The translations under genes were made by a program, and so were the position numbers. The notes under the pieces are model-generated. The model saw only the letters and a program-made list of their open reading frames with translations, was not told the origin of the DNA and ran no database searches. From Candidatus Electronema halotolerans (GTDB taxonomy: Bacteria > Desulfobacterota > Desulfobulbia > Desulfobulbales > Desulfobulbaceae): DNA of 32,000 nucleotides. The stretch is taken from the NCBI GenBank assembly GCA_942493095.1, contig OW818675.1, forward strand, positions 1,020,001 to 1,052,000. Reading direction: 5' to 3'. Shown here piece after piece: positions 17,654 to 26,587 of the stretch. Each line of letters starts with the position of its first letter. The stretch's first letter is position 1.

Positions 17654-19279
17654 ATGAAGATATTGTCATACATTGCTGACCTCTTTGCTGGAAAAAGAGC
17701 AGTGAGCAGCACCAAACTTGTTGCATTTGCATCACTGCTTTTTATTCTCTTCTATAACAGGTCATTTTTTCAGCATGTTCTGCTGGTTTACCCGCTTTCT
17801 TGGAAAAATATAGGGTTTCTGCTGTCTTTGAGCTTAGGTGTCACATTGACGATAGCTCTTTTTATCACATTGTTAGCATCAAAATACACGACAAAGCCGG
17901 TAATTATTCTCCTTTTTGTTTTGTCATCATTTTCAATATATTTTATGGACAAATACAATGTTGTCATTGATTATGTTATGATTAAAAATATTTTGCAAAC
18001 TGACTATGAGGAAACATACGACCTCCTGACTTTGAGGATGCTTTGTTATTTCATCGCATTCGGTGCCGTGCCAAGTATTTTTGTTTACAAATTGCGCATA
18101 GAAAAATCTTCCTTGAAGAAATCAGTGCTTTTTAAACTGAGAGATATTTCTGTAATCTGCGTGGTAATTTTTCTTTTGCTGTTCTCCTTCAGCAGATTTT
18201 ACACGTCTTTCTTCAGGGAGCACAAGGAGCTGAGATATTATGTCAATCCAATTTACTACGTTTACTCATTCTGGAAATACGCAGACAAAGAAATCTTTGT
18301 CCGCAAGAAAAAACTTGTTCCTATTGGTCTTGACGCAGCAGTCGAACCTCATGAAAAGAAAAAAATAGTAATTTTTGTTGTTGGTGAGGCGGCAAGAGCT
18401 GATCACTTCTCTCTCAATGGCTATAAGAAAATAACAAATCCTTTGTTGGCAAAAGAAGGTGTTGCAAGTTTCAGCAATGTCTCTTCCTGCGGAACCTCCA
18501 CAGCCTATTCAGTCCCCTGCATGTTTTCCCTCTTTTCACGGGCAGAATTTGACAGCGGCAAAGGAGAAGAATATGAAAACCTTCTTGATCTGTTGCAGCA
18601 CACAGGTTCAGTGGATGTCTTGTGGCGGGACAATAATTCTGATTCAAAAGGTGTGGCCGTGCGTGTTCCGCATCAGGATTACAAAAGTTCTGCATTGAAT
18701 ACAATTTGTGCAGACGGAGAATGCCGCGATGAGGGCATGCTGGTCGGCTTGGATCAGTATATTGCCCAGCATGCCAGCAACGATATTTTAATCGTTTTGC
18801 ATCAGATGGGCAATCATGGTCCTGCTTATTACAAAAGATATCCGAAAGAATTCGCAAAATTCACTCCAGCCTGTCTGACAAATGAATTGGAAGAATGCAG
18901 TGCTGACGAGATCATTAATGCTTATGACAACGCCCTGCTTTATACGGATTATTTTTTGAAAAAAGTGATTGATTTTTTGAAAAAATATGATCCATCGCAT
19001 GATGTCGCCCTGCTCTACTTCAGTGATCATGGCGAAAGCCTGGGTGAGAATGGCGTATATCTGCATGGCATTCCGTACATTATCGCCCCGGAAGCCCAGA
19101 CGCATATTGGCGCGGTGATGTGGTTTGGCAGTCATTTGCAAAAGAAGCTCGATATGAAGGAATTAGCAAAGCATAAGAACAAAAAATACAGTCATGACAA
19201 TATATTCCACACTCTGCTCGGCCTGTTCCATGTTCAAACAAATCTGTACGAAAAACAATTGGATATGCTGGTGCCTTGA
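17654..19279 (+). CDS. Phosphoethanolamine transferase, EptA/MCR family
   Basis: Five N-terminal transmembrane segments, then 'IFVVGEAARADHFSLNGYKKITNPLLAK...SFSNVSSCGTSTAYSVPCMFS', 'VLHQMGNHGPAYYKRYP', 'YFSDHGESLGENGVYLHG'. Confidence 0.92.
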   Translation: MKILSYIADLFAGKRAVSSTKLVAFASLLFILFYNRSFFQHVLLVYPLSWKNIGFLLSLSLGVTLTIALFITLLASKYTTKPVIILLFVLSSFSIYFMDKYNVVIDYVMIKNILQTDYEETYDLLTLRMLCYFIAFGAVPSIFVYKLRIEKSSLKKSVLFKLRDISVICVVIFLLLFSFSRFYTSFFREHKELRYYVNPIYYVYSFWKYADKEIFVRKKKLVPIGLDAAVEPHEKKKIVIFVVGEAARADHFSLNGYKKITNPLLAKEGVASFSNVSSCGTSTAYSVPCMFSLFSRAEFDSGKGEEYENLLDLLQHTGSVDVLWRDNNSDSKGVAVRVPHQDYKSSALNTICADGECRDEGMLVGLDQYIAQHASNDILIVLHQMGNHGPAYYKRYPKEFAKFTPACLTNELEECSADEIINAYDNALLYTDYFLKKVIDFLKKYDPSHDVALLYFSDHGESLGENGVYLHGIPYIIAPEAQTHIGAVMWFGSHLQKKLDMKELAKHKNKKYSHDNIFHTLLGLFHVQTNLYEKQLDMLVP

Positions 19280-19447
19280 TAATTTCTTTGCTTGGACACC
19301 GTGCGATGCACTACAATGAGAGCAGGATGAATTTCCGAAAAGACAGACTGTTTTCCCGCTTTGCTGCCGCTTCGCCGCTGTTGGGCTGAAAGCTGAATTT
19401 TCCCGTATCATGCCGCTCCGCAAATATCCTCCAAAGACCGCATTGCC

Positions 19448-20827
19448 ATGCCTCATGTCCTGATTGTTGATGACGAGCAAAGTGTGCGGGATTTCCTCAG
19501 CATTCTCTTTCAGCGAGATGGCTGTCAGGTGACAACGGCGCCAGATGCGGAGACTGCCTTGACTGCGGCAGCCGGAGCAGACGACTTTGATGTGGTGATC
19601 ACGGATGTCCGCATGCCGGGGATGAGCGGACTGGAGCTGCTGGCTGAACTCAAACACCACCGCCCGGACCTGCCGGTGGTCATGGTCACTGCCTTTGCCT
19701 CGCCTGATGACGCAGTGCAGGCCATGCGCAACGGGGCCTTTGATTACATCACCAAGCCGTTCAATGTTGATGAGCTGCGCAAGGTGGTCAGAACCGCCGC
19801 AGCCAAGCGCAAAAAAGGTGCTGCCGCAGAGCCTGCGGAGGAATTTTCCGGCATCATCGGCTCCAGCCCGGAGATGCTGAAAATTTTCGATCTGATCCGT
19901 CGGGTCGCGCCCACACCGGCCAGCGTGCTGATCTACGGCGAATCCGGCACTGGCAAGGAGCTGATTGCCAAGGCCATCCACAACCTTTCCAAAGCAGCGA
20001 AAAATTCTTTTGTGCCGATCAATTGCAGCGCCATCCCGGAAAGCCTGATGGAAAGCGAGCTGTTCGGCCATGCTAAAGGCTCGTTCACCGGGGCAGTGAC
20101 AGACAAAATAGGGCTGTTTGAGCAGGCCCACACCGGCACCCTGTTTCTCGACGAAATCGGTGAACTCGACCTGTCCATCCAGACCAAGCTGCTGCGGGTG
20201 CTGCAGGAGCGGGAAGTCATGCCGGTCGGCTCAACCAAGAGCAAACGGGTCGATGTGCGGATTGTCTCGGCCACCAACCGCAATCTGGAAGAGGAGGTCA
20301 TGGCCAAGCGGTTCCGGGAGGACCTGTTCTACCGCTTGGCCGTGGTGCCGCTGCGGATGCCGCCGCTGCGTGAGCGCAAAGGCGACGTGCCCATTTTAGT
20401 TGATCATTTTCTCAAGAAATATGCCAAGCTGATGGGAAAAGAGGCGCAGACCATGTCCTCTTATGGTTTGGAAGTCTTGATGAACTACAATTTCCCTGGT
20501 AATGTGCGGGAATTGGAGAACATCATTGAGCGGGGCGTGGCCTTGGAGTCCTCCAGCATCATCCTCCCGGAAAGCCTGATCCTTTCCCGCAAGGAGCAGA
20601 AGGATGCCGCTCCGCCGTCCGCTGCGGAAGAGCCATTTTTTATCGGTGCCGAGAATGAGGAGGAACTGTTTGACCGGGGGCTGGAGGAGTGCATTGCCAG
20701 CATGGAGAAAAAGATGATCAAGCATGCGATTGAGGCTGCTGAGGGATCAAAGATGCGGGCTGCTGATCTGCTCAAAATCAGCTTCCGCTCCCTGCGATAC
20801 AAGGCGAAAAAATATGAGATTGACTGA
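19448..20827 (+). CDS. Sigma-54-dependent NtrC/PilR-family response regulator
   Basis: REC 'VLIVDDEQSVRDFLSILF', AAA+ 'GESGTGKELIAKAIHNLS', 'ESELFGHAKGSFTGA', Fis-like C-terminus 'AADLLKISFRSLRYKAKKYEI'. Confidence 0.93.
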   Translation: MPHVLIVDDEQSVRDFLSILFQRDGCQVTTAPDAETALTAAAGADDFDVVITDVRMPGMSGLELLAELKHHRPDLPVVMVTAFASPDDAVQAMRNGAFDYITKPFNVDELRKVVRTAAAKRKKGAAAEPAEEFSGIIGSSPEMLKIFDLIRRVAPTPASVLIYGESGTGKELIAKAIHNLSKAAKNSFVPINCSAIPESLMESELFGHAKGSFTGAVTDKIGLFEQAHTGTLFLDEIGELDLSIQTKLLRVLQEREVMPVGSTKSKRVDVRIVSATNRNLEEEVMAKRFREDLFYRLAVVPLRMPPLRERKGDVPILVDHFLKKYAKLMGKEAQTMSSYGLEVLMNYNFPGNVRELENIIERGVALESSSIILPESLILSRKEQKDAAPPSAAEEPFFIGAENEEELFDRGLEECIASMEKKMIKHAIEAAEGSKMRAADLLKISFRSLRYKAKKYEID

Positions 20828-20886
20828 AACACCGGAAATCAGGCTCAAGATGATTTCCTCTCTTTTCTGCGGCAGGAACTGCATTC

Positions 20887-22617
20887 ATGAGCAGCAAGGC
20901 TAAATTCATCCGGGAGCTGGCTCCGCAGCAGAATACGGGCGAGCAGCTGCGCCTGCACATCCTCTGGCTGCTGCTGATCCGCATTCTGCTCTTCACCCTG
21001 CTGATTGCCGTCACTGTGGTGCTGCAAAAAAAAGGCGGCGACATCATCATCCTGCCGCCGCCCGCAGTGACGATGGCCTTTGTCGGGGTGGTCTTTGTCT
21101 ATTCCATCGGCTCGGCAGGTCTGCTCCAGAACATGATCCGGCATCTGACCCGCTTTGGTCTGATTCAGCTCCTTTCTGATGCCGTCTTCGCCGCCCTCTT
21201 GGTCGCAGGCACTGGCTGCAGCCAGTCGATTTTCACGCCAGTGTTCATTTTTCCTGTGATCGCAGGGGGCATGACCCTGAACCGCACTGGCGGCCTGATC
21301 GCGGCGGCGGCAGCCTCCCTGCTCTACGGCGGCATTCTGATCAGCGAATATCTCGGTTATATTCCCCAGTTTTATGCCCAGACCCGCTATGTGCCGCCGA
21401 CCGATTACCTTACCTTGACCAATGTTTATACGGTCTATGGAATCACTTTTTTCACCATTGGCTTTCTCAGCAGCCTGCTGGCCGGACGGCTGCGGCGGAC
21501 TGAAGAGGCGCTTTCGCAGACCTCGGTCCAGTTTGACCGGCTCAATCAGCTCTACAAACAGGTTTTTGACGACATCAGCACCGGCATTGTCACGGTTGAC
21601 GGACGCAACCGGGTGACCTCCTGCAACCCGGCTTTTGCCCGGATCAGCGGCTATGCTGCCGCAGAGATCATCGGACTGTCTTTCAGCTCCTTCTTTCCCG
21701 CCGCCATGCTGACTGAGACGGATCAAAGCAGGCAGGTGGCGGATCTGGCCAAAAAAGACGGCGGAACAGTGCGGGCTAGGCACACCTTTGCCCGGCTCAA
21801 TTTGCCTCATGATCCGGCAGTGGATGATCCAAGCGATGCCCAGTGCAAGGTGATCACAGTGCAGGACATCAGCCAGCTCGAACAGATGGAGCGGCAGATG
21901 CGGGCAGCGGAAAAGATGGCCGCCATCGGCGAACTGAGCGCGGCCATTGCCCATGACTTCCGCAATCCGATTGCCGCCATTTCCGGCTCGGCCCAGCTCC
22001 TGAAAAACATTCATGCCGCAGACAGCAGCCCTGACCCGGCCAGCCGGGCCAACCGCCATCTGACTGAGATCATTCTCCGGGAAACCACCCGGATGGAAAA
22101 GACCATCACAGACTTTCTCCAGTTTGCCCGGCCCGCAGACCTCAGTCCTGAATGGTTTGATCTCAGGCGGCTGGCTGAGGAGACCATTCTCCAAGTCAAA
22201 GACCGGGACTCCTGCCCGCTGGAAGCAATGATTGAGACTGATATCACCGAGCATCTGGACTGCTGGGCTGACCGGCAGGCCGTGCAGGCGCTCTTGGCTC
22301 ATCTCTTAGAAAACAGCTGCGCGGCGGCGGCCAAGACTGCGGCCTGGCCGGTGCTGATTCAAGCCCGCGAGCAGCGGACAGGGGAACGCAACTGCATCTG
22401 CATTGCCGTGCTCGACCAAGGCCCCGGCATTGCCGCCAATATCCGCGAGATGATTTTCATCCCCTTCTTTTCAACCAAGTCCAACTGCGCCGGGCTGGGG
22501 CTGGCAATAGTCAAGCAGATCGCGGAGCAGCACGGCGGCACGGTCAAGCTGCTGGAGGTGGAGCAAGGCTGCGCAATTGAGGCCTGCCTGCCGCTGCCTG
22601 CCCTGCCGGACGAATAG
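20887..22617 (+). CDS. Membrane PAS sensor histidine kinase, PilS/NtrB-like
   Basis: N-terminal transmembrane helices, PAS segment, 'AAIAHDFRNPIAAISGSAQLL', 'LLENSCAAAAK', 'VLDQGPGI', 'PFFSTKSNCAGLGLAIVKQI'. Confidence 0.9.
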   Translation: MSSKAKFIRELAPQQNTGEQLRLHILWLLLIRILLFTLLIAVTVVLQKKGGDIIILPPPAVTMAFVGVVFVYSIGSAGLLQNMIRHLTRFGLIQLLSDAVFAALLVAGTGCSQSIFTPVFIFPVIAGGMTLNRTGGLIAAAAASLLYGGILISEYLGYIPQFYAQTRYVPPTDYLTLTNVYTVYGITFFTIGFLSSLLAGRLRRTEEALSQTSVQFDRLNQLYKQVFDDISTGIVTVDGRNRVTSCNPAFARISGYAAAEIIGLSFSSFFPAAMLTETDQSRQVADLAKKDGGTVRARHTFARLNLPHDPAVDDPSDAQCKVITVQDISQLEQMERQMRAAEKMAAIGELSAAIAHDFRNPIAAISGSAQLLKNIHAADSSPDPASRANRHLTEIILRETTRMEKTITDFLQFARPADLSPEWFDLRRLAEETILQVKDRDSCPLEAMIETDITEHLDCWADRQAVQALLAHLLENSCAAAAKTAAWPVLIQAREQRTGERNCICIAVLDQGPGIAANIREMIFIPFFSTKSNCAGLGLAIVKQIAEQHGGTVKLLEVEQGCAIEACLPLPALPDE

Positions 22618-22774
22618 CTGGCTTCCTTGCATCATCCCATCACTGGTTTTCCTGTTGCGCATTGCCGGACAGCGCAGTAAAGAGAGATGTCAGAAGGCGG
22701 CAGAAAGGAGGAGGGATGCTGCCGCTTGGACATCAACAGGGACAGGGTCATGGACGCTGCCCCGAAGGGGAAAC

Positions 22775-23839
22775 ATGATGACATCTGAAGAGCTGCTCAA
22801 GAAAATTCAAAAGGCTGCGGACAGCAAGGTGGCCCGCTTCAACCTCATCGGCGCCCGGCTGACCGAGCTGCCGCCCGCGCTTTTTGAGCTGACCTGGCTG
22901 GAGGAGCTGAACCTGCGTGGCAACTGCCTGACCGAGCTGCCGCCGGAGATCGCCCGGCTGACCCAGCTGCGCGCTCTCAACTTGGGCGGCAACAGCCTGA
23001 GCTGTTTTCCTGAGCAGATTGCCAGCCTGAGCTGCTTGGAGGAACTGTACCTGCCCAACAACGGCCTGACCGAGCTGCCGCCAGCCATTGGCCAGCTCAC
23101 CAGTCTGACCGAGCTGAACCTGAGCGGCAATAGTCTGACCGAGCTGCCGCCCGAAATCGGGCGGCTGACCCAGCTGCGCACACTTTTGTGCAATGGCAAC
23201 CGCCTGACCTGCCTGCCGCCCGCGCTCTTCCAGCTCACCAGCTTGGAGGAGCTGAACGTGGACAGCAACCGTCTCGGCACTCTGCCGCCAGAAATCGGCC
23301 AGCTTGCCAGCCTGACTGAGCTGTCCCTTCTTGACAACAACTTGCGCAGTCTGCCGCCGGAAATCGGCCAGTTGCGCAGCCTGACCCACATCTATCTGGG
23401 CGGCAACCATCTGCGCGGTCTGCCGCTGGAAATCACCCGGCTGGCCGGTCTGCAAGTCCTTTGCATAGGCAACAACAACCTGACCGAGCTGCCGCCGGAA
23501 ATCTGCCAGCTCTCCGGGTTGACTGAGCTGAACCTGCACAGCAACCATCTCAGCACCTTGCCGCCGGAAATCGCCCGCCTGACCAGCTTGGAGTCAATCT
23601 GCCTGTACGGCAACGAGTTGGACTCGGTCTCACCCGTCCTTCTGCGGCTGCCCTGCCTGATTGAACTGAATCTGCACAGCAACCATCTCAGCAGCCTGCC
23701 GCCGGAGATCATCCAGCTCAGGAGCCTGGCCGAGCTGATGCTGGACAACAACCCGCTGGTCTCGCCGCCGCTGGAGATTGCCGAGCAAGGCATTGAGGCG
23801 GTGCGGGAGTACTTCGCAGAGGCTGAGGCAACAGCATAG
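22775..23839 (+). CDS. Leucine-rich-repeat protein (ROCO-like LRR region without ROC/COR domain)
   Basis: ATG at 22775 after CGAAGGGGAAAC. Successive 23-aa units 'LTELPPEIGQLTSLTELNLSGNS...'; ends 'LMLDNNPLVSPPLEIAEQGIEAVREYFAEAEATA*'. Confidence 0.88.
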   Translation: MMTSEELLKKIQKAADSKVARFNLIGARLTELPPALFELTWLEELNLRGNCLTELPPEIARLTQLRALNLGGNSLSCFPEQIASLSCLEELYLPNNGLTELPPAIGQLTSLTELNLSGNSLTELPPEIGRLTQLRTLLCNGNRLTCLPPALFQLTSLEELNVDSNRLGTLPPEIGQLASLTELSLLDNNLRSLPPEIGQLRSLTHIYLGGNHLRGLPLEITRLAGLQVLCIGNNNLTELPPEICQLSGLTELNLHSNHLSTLPPEIARLTSLESICLYGNELDSVSPVLLRLPCLIELNLHSNHLSSLPPEIIQLRSLAELMLDNNPLVSPPLEIAEQGIEAVREYFAEAEATA

Positions 23840-23860
23840 CCAAGGCTTGGCCGCCGTGCC

Positions 23861-23893
23861 CGCCCCAAGAGGAGGCACTTTTCTTTTGGGGCG
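23861..23893. repeat. Strong stem-loop downstream of the LRR gene
   Basis: CGCCCCAAGAGG ... TCTTTTGGGGCG pairs over about 12 bp including G-U pairs; no downstream T tract. Confidence 0.55.
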
Positions 23894-23968
23894 GCAGAAG
23901 CCTGAGCAAGAAGGCATTGTTCCGGCACCGGCAGGGGCTGCGCGGTTCCAGCAAGTGCGGCGGCTTCT

Positions 23969-25246
23969 GTGCTGAAGATTGCTCTGCCGGCAATTTTGGC
24001 GCAAAAGAATGCAGGCCCTGCTCCAGAGCCACATTGGCGGACAGCTCAAGCGCTGGCTGTAAATTTAGATAATTCTACTTGGCTGCCTCAACTTGCTGCG
24101 GATGGTGGAGGCAACGCACTTGCAGCATGGCCACAAACAGGTGGCTTTTACAGCCGTCGTTATCAGGTTCGCACCGGCTGGCTGGGCGCGGAATACGCAG
24201 GAGGAGGAGGCAAGGAACTACAGATAGCAATGAACTCCGACGGCAAAGCAGTTGCTGTCTGGACGAAATATGATGGAGAAACTGATGAGGCGTATATTTA
24301 TGCCCAGCTCTACACAACAGGTTCTGGCTGGGCTGAAGCAGCGCTGATTGGCAGCAGCGAGATGCCAACGATGAATCCTGTTGCTGCGATGGATTCATCT
24401 GGCAATGTTCTGGCTGTTTGGACAGAAGGCGGCAGGCCGTTCACCAATCTTTGCTCAAGTCGCTATGAAATTAGCAGCAACAGTTGGACAAGTCCACTAC
24501 AGGAACATTACGGTTCAGATGTGACATATCCTGTTCTGGGCATGGATGCTGCTGGCAATGCTGTTCTTGCTTGGCGGCAGCGGGGAGTCAACACCTATCA
24601 TGCCTTTGCCAGACGCTATGAGATTGGTACTGGCTGGGGAAGTCCTGAGCTAATTGAGCAAGACAGCGGCTCCGTGGAAGTGACAACCATAGAGTCTCCG
24701 CGAATTTCTGTCAATGCTGTAGGTGATGCAGTTGCGGTTTGGCAGCAGTCTGGTGAAAATTGGGGAACATGGACGAATAGATATGAAGCAGGCAGCGGCT
24801 GGGGTGCTGCGCAGCTTTTGGCCGACAATACCGGCGCATCTGATATTGCTCTTGATGCGGATGGTAATGCCGTGGCAGTCTGGCAGCAATCGGATGGAAT
24901 CCGCACAAATATCTGGGCCAGCCGCTACACAGTCAGCAGCGGCTGGGGAAGTGCCGAGCTGATTGAGACAAATGACAGCGGCGATGCCCAGCGTCCAAAA
25001 ATCGCTGTGGATGAAGACGGCAACGCTGTTGCTGTCTGGCAGCAGTCTGACGGGACGCACACGCAAATTTGGGCCAACCGCTATGCAGTTGGCAGCGGCT
25101 GGGGCGCAGCTCAGAGCATTGAGACAGAAAACAGCGATGATGCGGACGGGCCGCGGCTTGTCATGTCGGCAACAGGCAAGGCTGTTGCTATTTGGCGGCA
25201 GTTTGATGGAACGCAGTACAGCATCTGGGCGAATCGCTTTGAATAA
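23969..25246 (+). CDS. Beta-propeller-like repeat protein, possibly N-terminally truncated
   Basis: GTG-start ORF with ~50-aa repeats 'DADGNAVAVWQQSDGIRTNIWASRYTVSSGWGSAELIETNDSGDAQRPKIAVDEDGNAVAVWQQSDGTHTQIWANRYAVGSGWG'. No obvious signal peptide. Confidence 0.72.
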   Translation: MLKIALPAILAQKNAGPAPEPHWRTAQALAVNLDNSTWLPQLAADGGGNALAAWPQTGGFYSRRYQVRTGWLGAEYAGGGGKELQIAMNSDGKAVAVWTKYDGETDEAYIYAQLYTTGSGWAEAALIGSSEMPTMNPVAAMDSSGNVLAVWTEGGRPFTNLCSSRYEISSNSWTSPLQEHYGSDVTYPVLGMDAAGNAVLAWRQRGVNTYHAFARRYEIGTGWGSPELIEQDSGSVEVTTIESPRISVNAVGDAVAVWQQSGENWGTWTNRYEAGSGWGAAQLLADNTGASDIALDADGNAVAVWQQSDGIRTNIWASRYTVSSGWGSAELIETNDSGDAQRPKIAVDEDGNAVAVWQQSDGTHTQIWANRYAVGSGWGAAQSIETENSDDADGPRLVMSATGKAVAIWRQFDGTQYSIWANRFE

Positions 25247-25261
25247 AAGGAAAAAAGACTG

Positions 25262-26584
25262 ATGAGCAGCCGAATAAGCATCTGGGAAGCCAAGAATCAG
25301 CTTGCCTTCAACGAGCCGTTGGAGCCGGACGACCCTCTTTTTGTTGATACTGCCAAGGCGCGGGGCGATTTCAGTCGCGAGCGGCTTTACCGGCAGCTCA
25401 ATGTCGATAAGCAGGGCATTGCCCACAAGCCGCCTATCAAGCAGTACATCCTTCTCACTGGTCATCGGGGCTGCGGCAAGAGCACTGAGCTGCGCAAGAT
25501 GGCCAAGTATCTGCATCACCCAGACCGCTACTATGTCCTGCGTCTTGACTGCTTGGAAAAGTTAGACATCAACAATCTGAAATATTCGGATGTGCTGCTT
25601 GCCTTAGCTGCGGCCCTCTTTGCCCGGCTGGAAGAAGAGGGCGGGATTGAAATGGAGCAGGTCCATCTGAGCCGCTTGGAGAACTGGTTCAAGGAGCGGG
25701 TGGAAGTGCATAGTCAACTTAAGCAGTTTGCTGCTGAGGTCAAGGCTGGTGCCAAGGCTCAGGCTGGACTGTCTTGGTTGAGCTGGCTCTATGGCGAAGC
25801 GACCAGCAAGCTGGGTATTGATTCCAGCTATCGCGAGGAGTTGCGCTTAGTTGTGCGCAATAACTTCAGCGAGTTTGCTGAAGCATTTAACCAGTTCATC
25901 CGAGCCAGCGAAGATAAAATTCGAGCGGCGGGCAAGGGCCAGCGCATTCTCTTCACCGTGGATGGGACAGACCGCCTCAACAGCGAGGACGCGCACAAGT
26001 TTTTTGTCGAAGATGTTCACCAGCTCACCCAGATCAGCGGCTTGTTCATCTACTGCACCCCTATCCACCTGCTCCATCAGGACAATTGCCTGAGTGCCAA
26101 CTTCACCGGGACAGTACGCCTGCCCATGCTCAAAATTCGGGAGCGCGATGACCAGAAGGTGCCAAAAAATTACCGGGTCATTCAACGCTTGGCTCTGCTG
26201 CGGGTGCCAGAATATCTCTTTGATGACATCACCACGCTGGAATATTTGATTCAGTACAGCGGCGGCCACTTGCGCGATTTGATTCGTTTGCTCAACATTG
26301 CCGTCAATATGGCTGAAGAGGAGCGCATTGATCGGATAGCAGCGGAAAAAGCGGTCAAGCAGGTGGCCAACGAGTACCGCCGTTTCATCAACAGCGCAGA
26401 CTATGCCCGCTTAGTGCAAATTGATCTCCACCCGGATGCGCCGGATGACTTCACAGACGAGCAAAGCGCAGCGATGCTCTACAATTTGATTCTCCTCGAA
26501 TACGACAATTATTTCTGGAAGAGCCATCCCGTAATCACGACCTTGCCCGGCTATCAGAAAGCCTATCAGCAGGTGATAAGCTGA
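25262..26584 (+). CDS. P-loop ATPase (AAA/ORC-like), putative conflict-system NTPase
   Basis: Walker A 'ILLTGHRGCGKSTELRKMAKYL' (25460-25486), Walker B 'QRILFTVDGTDRL' (~25940-25974), 'YLIQYSGGHLRDLIRLLNIAV' sensor-2-like segment. Confidence 0.82.
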   Translation: MSSRISIWEAKNQLAFNEPLEPDDPLFVDTAKARGDFSRERLYRQLNVDKQGIAHKPPIKQYILLTGHRGCGKSTELRKMAKYLHHPDRYYVLRLDCLEKLDINNLKYSDVLLALAAALFARLEEEGGIEMEQVHLSRLENWFKERVEVHSQLKQFAAEVKAGAKAQAGLSWLSWLYGEATSKLGIDSSYREELRLVVRNNFSEFAEAFNQFIRASEDKIRAAGKGQRILFTVDGTDRLNSEDAHKFFVEDVHQLTQISGLFIYCTPIHLLHQDNCLSANFTGTVRLPMLKIRERDDQKVPKNYRVIQRLALLRVPEYLFDDITTLEYLIQYSGGHLRDLIRLLNIAVNMAEEERIDRIAAEKAVKQVANEYRRFINSADYARLVQIDLHPDAPDDFTDEQSAAMLYNLILLEYDNYFWKSHPVITTLPGYQKAYQQVIS

Positions 26585-26587
26585 TTC

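Noticed and set aside
19163-20131. 322-aa minus-strand ORF
   Set aside because: Spans the 3' end of the eptA-like gene and the 5' half of the response regulator on the opposite strand; shadow ORF.
20845-22302. 485-aa minus-strand ORF
   Set aside because: Antisense to the sensor kinase 20887-22617, which has clear HisKA/HATPase motifs.
22748-23548. 266-aa minus-strand ORF with periodic 'VVAVQVQLSQPGELADFRR' repeats
   Set aside because: Periodicity is the antisense image of the LRR-coding repeats, not an independent repeat protein.
24650-25519. 289-aa minus-strand ORF
   Set aside because: Antisense to the propeller-repeat gene and ATPase 5' end; repeated motifs mirror the sense repeats.
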